Assembly: GCA_004297205.1 (NCBI GenBank)
Contig: SCUL01000002.1
Coordinates: 188,594 to 252,593 of the forward strand
Length of the DNA: 64,000 nucleotides
Reading direction: 5' to 3'
DNA from: Patescibacteria group bacterium
Lineage (GTDB): Bacteria > Patescibacteriota > Patescibacteriia > 2-12-FULL-57-11
The position numbers and the translations under genes are program-made. Positions 57,068 to 64,000 of this stretch are shown piece after piece. Within the stretch, counting starts at the first letter, position 1; each line of letters starts with the position of its first letter. The notes under the pieces were generated by a model. The model ran no database searches. It saw only the letters and a program-made list of their open reading frames with translations, and was not told the DNA's origin.

Positions 57068-59347
57068 TTAGAGCCCAAGCCCGGTGGCCGGCGCCACGCC
57101 GATCGGCCCCGCGGCCGTGCCGGCGCCCAACAGCGTTTCCTTGAGCAGCTTGCCGATCACGTCATAGCTGCGGATGACGAGGCGCGAGGTGGGCTGGATG
57201 CCCAGCAGCAGGTCGTCGCGGCCGTCGCCGTTGACCTCCCCGAGCGCGAACTGGAAGCCTTTGCCGAAGCCTTCGATTTCGATCTCCCCGACGCCGATGC
57301 CGAAGGCCGTCACGAAACGGATGCGGCTGCCGTTGGTGACGTCGAGCAGACCGATATCGTCGCGTCCGTCGCCGTTGACGTCGCCGACGGCAACCAGATA
57401 GCCGGTACGCAGGTCGGTGCGGTCGGCGAAGAAGCTGGCGAGCGCCTGGCCGTCGCCCGCAAAGACGCGGATGTGCGGCCCGCCGCCGGAGGCCGGCGCG
57501 GTCACGATGTCGGCGTCCCCGTCGCCATCGACGTCCCCCGCCGCGATGCGCACGCCGCCGCGGAAGCCGGACGCGTACGCCAGGAAATTCGCTTTGCGCA
57601 CGCCCGTCGCGGAAAAGACGCGGACTTCCGGCGCGCGGTACCCCGTCGGCGACGTGATGATGTCCGCGATGCCGTCGCCGTCCATGTCGGCCAAGGCCAG
57701 CGCCACGCCGCCGCGGTAAGCCGTCTCGTAGGCGAAGAACTCGGATTTCAACTTGCCGCCCAATGACCAGACGCGCACGTGGGGTCCGCCGGTGGTTCCC
57801 GGCACGGTCACGATTTCGAAATTGCCGTCGCCGTCCACGTCCGCCATCTGCGCGGTGACGCCGCCGCGGAAGGTCGCCCCGTAGGCCAGAAATGACGACA
57901 GATTGCCGCCGTCGATGCGCCAGAGTGCGACTTCGGGCGCGAGTCCTGCACCGTTGGCGGTCACGATGGCCTGAAGAGCGGTCGTGGGGACGGGAATAGG
58001 TTCCGGTGGCACGCCCGGAGCGGGTGTCGGCGCCGGTGCGGGTGCCGACGGCTGGGACGTCAGCATGGTCATGGCCCGCGCCACGTTGAGGCGTCCTCGA
58101 CCGAGTTTTCCCGCGTATGTCGGGTTGGCCGGGTCGATGCCGTCGGCGCTGTTCAAGAGCGCGTCGCGCAGCTGCGGCAGGGTCAGACCCGGACTGGCCG
58201 ACTTGAGGAGCGCGGCCGCCCCCGCCACGAGCGGCGCCGCGAGCGACGTCCCCCGGTAAAAGCCGCCGTACGACGCGTCGAAGCCGGGCTGGGCGTCGTT
58301 CTTCACCAGCGTGCTGAAGATGCGGATGCCGGGCGCGGAAATGTCCACGCAACGGCGTCCGAAGTCGGAAAATGTCGCTTTCTTGTCCGCTTCGTCCGTT
58401 GCGGCCACGCCAAGCACCCAGTTCTCCCCGTTCGGCCCGTCGGAACAGGCCGGGTAGAGCGGCGTGACATCCAGGTCATTGCCGCCGTTCTGCGTCAGAT
58501 CGTTGCCGGCCGCGGCCACGACGAGGATGCCGGCCTCGGCGGCGCGGCGGATGGCATCGTCCAAAATGGAGCTGCGGTTCGAGCCGGAGAAGCTGAGCGA
58601 GATGACATTGGCGCCGTTCTTGATGGCGTAATTGATGCCGTCGACCACGTGGACCACGTCGCCGACGCCGGAGCTGGAGAGGACGCGCAGCGGCATGATC
58701 GAGACGCGCCAGTTCACTCCCGCGATGCCGGCGCCGTTGCCGCCGACCGCACCGATCTCCCCGGCGATGAGCGTGCCGTGGTGGATGCCGCCGTCCGTGA
58801 AGGACTCAAAGGCCGGCGAGACGGTATTGTTGCCATCGTAAAAATTCCAGCCGTTGATGTCGTCGACCAGCCCGTTACCGTCGTTGTCGCGGCCGTCAAG
58901 CAGCTCGCGCGGATTCCTCCAGATGTTTTCCCGCAAGTCCGGATGCGTGATGTCGACGCCCGTGTCGAGAATGGCCACGGTCACGGAGGTGTTGCCCACC
59001 GAACGCTCCCAGGCGGTCGGCGCGCTGATTTTCTGCAGATACCACTGTTCGTTGAAAAACGTGTCGTTGGCGGCGAGCGCGCTGACCTTGTAGGTGGCCA
59101 GACGCTCGGCGTGGGCGACCTCCGACATGGCTGCGAGCGACGCGAGCGTCGCGTCCGCATCCGCCGCCGGCACGGTCAGACGCGCCGGGGCGTCGGCGCC
59201 GCGGAACTGGACGGCCAGGGTCACCGGCCGTTCCGTCGCCGCGGTGGCCGGAAGAAAACGGAACACCGTCACCACGGCGAGCGCGGCGACGGCGAGACGA
59301 TGGCGGGTACGGACCTCCTGCATGATGGGCTCAGGGTTGCGCTTCAA
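57068..59347 (-). CDS. S8 family (subtilisin-like) serine peptidase with C-terminal FG-GAP/VCBS-type repeats
   Basis: Catalytic triad motifs DTGVD, HGTLIAG and GTSLAAPLVAG. The C-terminal half has at least six repeats of the D.DGDG..D form (FG-GAP). Confidence 0.85.
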   Translation of the reverse strand: MKRNPEPIMQEVRTRHRLAVAALAVVTVFRFLPATAATERPVTLAVQFRGADAPARLTVPAADADATLASLAAMSEVAHAERLATYKVSALAANDTFFNEQWYLQKISAPTAWERSVGNTSVTVAILDTGVDITHPDLRENIWRNPRELLDGRDNDGNGLVDDINGWNFYDGNNTVSPAFESFTDGGIHHGTLIAGEIGAVGGNGAGIAGVNWRVSIMPLRVLSSSGVGDVVHVVDGINYAIKNGANVISLSFSGSNRSSILDDAIRRAAEAGILVVAAAGNDLTQNGGNDLDVTPLYPACSDGPNGENWVLGVAATDEADKKATFSDFGRRCVDISAPGIRIFSTLVKNDAQPGFDASYGGFYRGTSLAAPLVAGAAALLKSASPGLTLPQLRDALLNSADGIDPANPTYAGKLGRGRLNVARAMTMLTSQPSAPAPAPTPAPGVPPEPIPVPTTALQAIVTANGAGLAPEVALWRIDGGNLSSFLAYGATFRGGVTAQMADVDGDGNFEIVTVPGTTGGPHVRVWSLGGKLKSEFFAYETAYRGGVALALADMDGDGIADIITSPTGYRAPEVRVFSATGVRKANFLAYASGFRGGVRIAAGDVDGDGDADIVTAPASGGGPHIRVFAGDGQALASFFADRTDLRTGYLVAVGDVNGDGRDDIGLLDVTNGSRIRFVTAFGIGVGEIEIEGFGKGFQFALGEVNGDGRDDLLLGIQPTSRLVIRSYDVIGKLLKETLLGAGTAAGPIGVAPATGLGL

Positions 59348-60023
59348 TCTGACGCTTCAGGGACGCGATTTTTTCTTCAAAGCCCGGGTGCTTCGTGGCA
59401 AGAAGCTGATAATAGACGAGCGCTTCTTTCAGACGCCCCAGCGATTCAAGATACATGGCCAACGACTGGACGAGCGGCGCGTTGTCGACAAGCCGGTCGA
59501 GACCGAGCCGGTAGACGTCGATGATGTCCTTGCTTTCCCGCTGCAGGTCCGTGTGCAGCACCTCCACGAGGAGGATGTACAGCTGTGGATCGCCGGGGTT
59601 CACCTCGATGGCCTGCCGGAGGACCCGCTCCGCATCCTCCGGACGTTTTGCCAAGCGCAGCGCGGTCGCCAGGTTTTGGAGCAGGAGGCTGTTCTTTCCG
59701 TCCGAGGCGGCCACGCCGCGCTCATACGCTTCAATCGCCCGGTTGTAATGGCGCACGTCCGCCGTCACGTCCCCGACCGCCTTCCACAAGTTTCCGAGGC
59801 TCAACAGGAGTTCCACGTCTTCGCCGCGCTCCGCAATCTGCGTGTTCCGTTCCCTGATGGCCGCGTACGTTTCCGCGACGCGGGCATCATTGCGCAGCGC
59901 CTCGTCAAGACGCGCCTCTTGGCGCGCCTGCATCCAGTCACGCCCCAAGAAAAGCCAGCCGGCGGTACCGGCGACGGCGATGCCAAGGACGACGAGAACG
60001 GCGACGAGGATCCGTGTGCGCAT
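59331..60023 (-). CDS. tetratricopeptide repeat protein, membrane-anchored
   Basis: ORF 59331..60044, with the start taken at the ATG at 60023 (MRTRILVAVLVVLGIAVAG...). TPR-like helical repeats (YNRAIEAYERGV.., LQNLATALRLAKRPEDA..). Confidence 0.55.
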   Translation of the reverse strand: MRTRILVAVLVVLGIAVAGTAGWLFLGRDWMQARQEARLDEALRNDARVAETYAAIRERNTQIAERGEDVELLLSLGNLWKAVGDVTADVRHYNRAIEAYERGVAASDGKNSLLLQNLATALRLAKRPEDAERVLRQAIEVNPGDPQLYILLVEVLHTDLQRESKDIIDVYRLGLDRLVDNAPLVQSLAMYLESLGRLKEALVYYQLLATKHPGFEEKIASLKRQIEAQP

Positions 60024-60082
60024 ACTTGATACGAAGGCATTCATGTGGTACGTTCCGCACGATTTCCTCCCTAGAAAACCAC

Positions 60083-61462
60083 ATGGAACAGCGCATTGTC
60101 AAACTGAAACGGTCGTTACTCGTGTGCGGCGACGTGGTCGTGCTCTACACGTCGCTCTGGTTGGCCGTCTGGCTGCGCGGCGCAATCGACGGCGGCGCGC
60201 GCTTCACGTTCTCCGACCACGTGCTCCCCTATTCCTTCGTGTTCGCCCTGTGGCTTGCCGCCTTCTCCGCGAACGGCCTGTACGACCTTTCTCTGGCGCG
60301 GAACAACCTGCGCTTCGTCCGCGTCTTCACCACCGCGCTCGGCGTGGGGGCCCTCCTCGCCATCGGCTTCTTCTACCTGACGCCGGTCGTGGCCATCGCG
60401 CCGAAGACCACGCTCCTGCTCCACCTGGCGGTGTTCGCCGCGCTGTTCGTGCTCTGGCGCATCGCGGCCAACGCCTTCTTCTCCGGCGCGCTGCTGCGGA
60501 TCCGCGTGCTGTTCGTCGGCGAGAACGAAGAAATCCGCGAACTCGTCGCCGCATTCCGGGAGAATCCGGCGCTCGGCTACGACGTGGCCGGCGTCATCCT
60601 TGATGCCGCCTCGACGTGGCAGCCGGACGGCATCCCCGTGCTCGGGCGCGGCTTTGCGGAACTTCCCGCGCACATCCGGAACGCCCGCGCCGACTTGGTG
60701 GTCCTGGGCGTTTCGCCGCGGTCGTCCCCGGACCTGGCCCGCCACCTCTACGAAAGCATCTTCCTGAAAACACGTTTCGTCGACAGCATTCCGTTCGCCG
60801 AAACGATCACCCGCCGCGTGCCGGTGGCCTCCATCACGCACGTCTGGTTTTTAGAGAACCTGCGCGAGGCGGAAAAACGCGCCACGGACGCCATGAAGAG
60901 GTGCGCCGACATCCTGCTCGCCGCGTTGGGCGGACTCGCCTGTCTCGCCATCCTGCCGCCGGTCCTGCTGGCCATGCTTGCGCTGCAGGGACGTCCGCTG
61001 CTCTTCACGCAGTTGCGCGTCGGCCGCGGCGGCAAGCCGTTCAAGATGGTCAAGCTGCGTTCCATGGTCCGTGACGCCGAGAAAGACGGCGCCCAGTTCG
61101 CCGAGGCCGGCGACAAGCGCGTCACGCCGGTCGGCCGGTTCCTGCGCGCCACGCGCATCGACGAGATGCCGCAGCTCTGGAACGTCCTCGTCGGCGAGAT
61201 GAGCATGATCGGCCCGCGGCCGGAGCGGCCGGAGTTCGTGGCCGAGCTCGAGCGCGCCATGCCGTTCTACGCCATGCGCCATCTCATCCGCCCGGGGCTG
61301 ACCGGCTGGGCGCAGATCGAATTCCCGTACGCCAGCACCATCGAGCAGAACCTCAAAAAACTCCAATACGACCTCTACTACATCAAGCACCGCAGCATGA
61401 TCCTCGACGCCTTCATCCTGCTGCGGACGGTGCGCATCATCCTCGGCGCGCGCGGCCAGTAA
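60083..61462 (+). CDS. polyprenyl-phosphate hexose-1-phosphate transferase (bacterial sugar transferase, WbaP/CpsE family)
   Basis: ORF 60014..61462, with the start taken at the ATG at 60083 (MEQRIVKLKR...). N-terminal TM segments. The C-terminal catalytic domain reads KRCADILLAALG...GRPLLFTQLRVGRGGKPFKMVKLRSM...DEMPQLWNVLVGEMSMIGPRP. Confidence 0.85.
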   Translation: MEQRIVKLKRSLLVCGDVVVLYTSLWLAVWLRGAIDGGARFTFSDHVLPYSFVFALWLAAFSANGLYDLSLARNNLRFVRVFTTALGVGALLAIGFFYLTPVVAIAPKTTLLLHLAVFAALFVLWRIAANAFFSGALLRIRVLFVGENEEIRELVAAFRENPALGYDVAGVILDAASTWQPDGIPVLGRGFAELPAHIRNARADLVVLGVSPRSSPDLARHLYESIFLKTRFVDSIPFAETITRRVPVASITHVWFLENLREAEKRATDAMKRCADILLAALGGLACLAILPPVLLAMLALQGRPLLFTQLRVGRGGKPFKMVKLRSMVRDAEKDGAQFAEAGDKRVTPVGRFLRATRIDEMPQLWNVLVGEMSMIGPRPERPEFVAELERAMPFYAMRHLIRPGLTGWAQIEFPYASTIEQNLKKLQYDLYYIKHRSMILDAFILLRTVRIILGARGQ

Positions 61463-61466
61463 CAGC

Positions 61467-61499
61467 AAAACGTCCCGCCACGGCGGGACGTTTTGTTTT
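61467..61499. terminator. bidirectional intrinsic terminator
   Basis: AAAACGTCCCGCC-AC-GGCGGGACGTTTTGTTTT: a 10-bp GC stem flanked by A and T tracts. It serves the converging sugar transferase (+) and epimerase (-) genes. Confidence 0.6.
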
Positions 61500-62452
61500 C
61501 AGGATTGTCCGCGGTACCAGCGCACGAATTCCCCGAGCCCGCGCTCCAGAGAAAACCGGGGATCGTAGCCGAGCTCGGTCTTGGCGCGGGTGATGTCGGC
61601 ATAGGTGGCGGGCATGTCTTCCGGCCGCATCGGTTCCCAGACCACGGAGGCGCGCTTGCCCGTGGCCGTTTCGATGGCCTGGAGCAGGTCGCGCAGCGAG
61701 ACGGTCCGGAACTCGCCGAGATTGTAGACGCGGTAGCCATGCGGACGGTCGAGCGCGGCGAGCACGCCCTGCACGATGTCGGCGATGTAGGTGTGGTCGC
61801 GCGTGGACGAGCCGTCGCCGAAAGCTGTAATGGTCTCCCCCGCCTCGATGCGGCGCACGAACTGGTGGATGGCCATGTCGGGACGCTGTCCCGGGCCGTA
61901 GACGGAAAAGAAACGCAGCGCCGTCACCGGAATGCCGGTGATGCCCTGGAAAGACTCGGCGTAGCGCTCCATGGCCTGCTTGGAGGCGCCATACGGCGAC
62001 AGTGCCGCCTCGAGCGGCTCGTCTTCGCGGAACGGCTTGCCGTCCGTGCGTGTGCCATAGACGGACGAACTCGAGGCGACGACGGCATGCGCGCACCCCG
62101 CGGCGCGCGAAACCTCGAGCACCTGGACGGTGCCGAGCAGATTGAGATCGAAATAGAGGTACGGCAGCGCGAGAGAGGGTCGCACGCCGCCGCGGCCGGC
62201 GAGGTGCACGAGCCGGTGCGGGCCGATGCCGGCAAAGGCCGCGGACATGGCGGCCGCGTCGCGGATATCGGCCTCGATCAATCGGGCATTCGGGTGACCG
62301 AGGAACGGGGCGACGTTCCGGCGTTTGATGGCCGGATCGTAGTAGTCGTCGAAATTGTCAATGACGACGACGCGCTCTCCCCGGTCGAGGAGGGCGCGTA
62401 CGACGTGGCTGCCGATGAAGCCGGCGCCACCGGTGACGACGGTCTGAGCCAT
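61499..62452 (-). CDS. NAD-dependent epimerase/dehydratase (UDP-sugar 4-epimerase-like extended SDR)
   Basis: VVTGGAGFIGSHV, ASSSSVYG and YGASKQAME (YxxxK). Confidence 0.85.
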   Translation of the reverse strand: MAQTVVTGGAGFIGSHVVRALLDRGERVVVIDNFDDYYDPAIKRRNVAPFLGHPNARLIEADIRDAAAMSAAFAGIGPHRLVHLAGRGGVRPSLALPYLYFDLNLLGTVQVLEVSRAAGCAHAVVASSSSVYGTRTDGKPFREDEPLEAALSPYGASKQAMERYAESFQGITGIPVTALRFFSVYGPGQRPDMAIHQFVRRIEAGETITAFGDGSSTRDHTYIADIVQGVLAALDRPHGYRVYNLGEFRTVSLRDLLQAIETATGKRASVVWEPMRPEDMPATYADITRAKTELGYDPRFSLERGLGEFVRWYRGQS

Positions 62453-62456
62453 AGAA

Positions 62457-63260
62457 TCAGGCGGGAGGCTGGAGGCCCTGCATCCGGTGCAGCTCGTTAT
62501 TGAGTTCCTCCACCAGTTTCAGTATGCGCATCGGCGCACCGACCTTGTCGCCGAGCTGGATCAGCGCGCGGGTATCCTTGGGCAGGCACTTGCCGCCGTA
62601 GCCGCGGTAGCCTTTATGGAAGACGTCGAGGTGCGTGCGGCCGATGCGTTTATCCGCGGCCACGCTCTCCTTGACCACCTCGTAGTCGACGCCGAGCTTT
62701 TGGCACAGGTCGTACATCTGGTTGGCGAAGACCACCTTGGCGGAAAACCAGGTGTTGCCGAAATACTTGATCATCTCCGCGCCGGTGGCCGGCACGATCC
62801 GTTCGTACGGTGCGAGCGGCAACATCGCCATGACGTCGGCCGCGACGGTGAAACTTTTGTCGGTCGCACCGAGAATCTGGCGGTCCGGGAACGCCATGTC
62901 CTGGTCGGCGGTCATCTCCGTGAGGAACTCCGGATTGTACAGGATCTTGTGCTGCGGGAACTCCTCCTGGATCTTTACGGTCGAGCCCGGCATGACCGTG
63001 GACTTGATGACGACGATCTTCCCGGCGGCCAGATTTCCGATCGCCTCGCGCACCATGGAGAGGTCGAAGCCGCCCTTCGCCTCGTCATACGGCGTTGGCA
63101 CGCAAATGAAGACGATGTCGGCGCGGTTGACGTCGGCGACGGACCCCTCGTTCTTGCCGGAATCGTACACAAAAGGAACGTTGCCGATCTTTTCAAAATA
63201 GCGGCGGACGGCACCACCAACCATTCCGGTCCCCACGATGCCGATGGAAAACTTGGACAT
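62457..63260 (-). CDS. UDP-glucose/GDP-mannose dehydrogenase family protein (short form)
   Basis: N-terminal Rossmann IGIVGTGMVGGA; central domain ..PEFLTE.. and a catalytic Cys region (GYGGKCLPKD). Confidence 0.75.
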   Translation of the reverse strand: MSKFSIGIVGTGMVGGAVRRYFEKIGNVPFVYDSGKNEGSVADVNRADIVFICVPTPYDEAKGGFDLSMVREAIGNLAAGKIVVIKSTVMPGSTVKIQEEFPQHKILYNPEFLTEMTADQDMAFPDRQILGATDKSFTVAADVMAMLPLAPYERIVPATGAEMIKYFGNTWFSAKVVFANQMYDLCQKLGVDYEVVKESVAADKRIGRTHLDVFHKGYRGYGGKCLPKDTRALIQLGDKVGAPMRILKLVEELNNELHRMQGLQPPA

Positions 63261-63380
63261 GCGCCCGTCTCACTGAAGAATAGAGGTTTATGGTGCCCGT
63301 GTGCGGCCGAATCGTCAAGCAGGTGCAGGTCTCCTGCCCGCTCCGCCGGGCGACCCCCTCCGCCGACGAGGAAAGCCGGG

Positions 63381-64000
63381 TTACGGACTCGACAGGGTCA
63401 GGGTTGCAAGAAGGGGCAGGTGGTCGGAGACGTCGTCCTGCAGGCACGCATGGTCGACGACCTGGACCCCGGGACCCACGAACACCATGTCCACCACCGC
63501 CGTGGCGAAAACGGGATCCGTTTTGCGTTTCATGTTGAACGTGCTCCGGAGTTCTCCGGCGAAGATGTGTCTGAGGTGCCGTTCGATCTGCCGGACCGTT
63601 TCCGTGTCCGGATTCACGTTGAAATCTCCCGCGAGAATGACGTTCCTTTCCCCGCGGACGCGCTCCGCGAGCGTCCGGCCCATGGCAATCCGCCGCTCGT
63701 TGTCACGGCCGTCTTCTCCCCAAATCCCCTGAGTGTTGAAAACGTTCGCCTCGACGCCGCCGGCATCCAATCGCACGTGCTGCACGTTGCGGGGCGTGAC
63801 CGGAAAGTTCTCCCGCACCCGGACACGGTCACCGAACGGAACGTCAAAAAAAATGACGTCGCTTTTCACGATCGGAAACCGCGACAGGACGGCGTTGCCC
63901 TGCGGAACCTTTCCCACGTCCGCGACCTCGAGAAAGGCCGGCGCGAAATGATCGTACGGGTACCGCAGTTCGTTCCGGAGGACGTCCATGCAGCGATAGT
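63381..64000 (-). CDS. endonuclease/exonuclease/phosphatase (EEP) family protein, truncated by the window edge (N-terminus lies beyond 64000)
   Basis: C-terminal EEP motifs NVILAGDFN and SDHLPL. The ORF is open at the window end. Confidence 0.7.
   Translation of the reverse strand, partial: YRCMDVLRNELRYPYDHFAPAFLEVADVGKVPQGNAVLSRFPIVKSDVIFFDVPFGDRVRVRENFPVTPRNVQHVRLDAGGVEANVFNTQGIWGEDGRDNERRIAMGRTLAERVRGERNVILAGDFNVNPDTETVRQIERHLRHIFAGELRSTFNMKRKTDPVFATAVVDMVFVGPGVQVVDHACLQDDVSDHLPLLATLTLSSP

Overview
This 64 kb window is GC-rich (roughly 65-70% by eye) and densely coding, with almost every gene on the minus strand in long co-directional blocks. From 5' to 3' it holds: (1) a MacAB-type tripartite ABC efflux set with an ABC ATPase, two FtsX/MacB-family permeases and a long HlyD-family adaptor, preceded by a membrane-anchored SAM methyltransferase and a 351-aa hypothetical protein sitting right after a tRNA-Glu(CUC). 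(2) A sortase plus LPXTG surface protein pair. (3) Two tandem Hanks-type Ser/Thr kinases in one apparent transcription unit with murF and a class-B PBP (ftsI-like), with rarA, a NUDIX hydrolase, a cupin and uppS further upstream. (4) A tRNA-Pro(CGG) followed by a low-GC single-gene islet flanked by direct repeats. (5) A thioredoxin-like CPHC protein, a VKOR homologue and a cupin, then metF behind a structured leader. (6) A B12 operon ending in class II ribonucleotide reductase nrdJ, with NrdR boxes upstream. (7) murA, a PEGA/beta-propeller protein, and a second low-GC single-gene islet flanked by 53-bp repeats that re-encode the host gene's 3' end, next to a ~150-bp palindromic MITE-like element. 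(8) A dTDP-rhamnose operon (rmlA, rmlD, rmlC, rmlB) interrupted by four uncharacterized genes plus NUDIX and MazG-like genes. (9) A large glycoconjugate locus: a GT39/PMT-like protein, a CDP-alcohol phosphatidyltransferase, a 687-aa polytopic membrane protein, several GT2 and GT4 enzymes including a GT4-methyltransferase fusion, GtrA, an SDR sugar decarboxylase or epimerase, a polyprenyl-phosphate sugar transferase, a nucleotide-sugar dehydrogenase, an S8 peptidase with FG-GAP repeats and a TPR protein. No CRISPR array, rRNA, integrase or transposase was found. The strongest candidates for something new are the two integrase-less single-gene low-GC cassettes with target-duplicating direct repeats, and the shared four-cysteine extracytoplasmic module on the two kinases.
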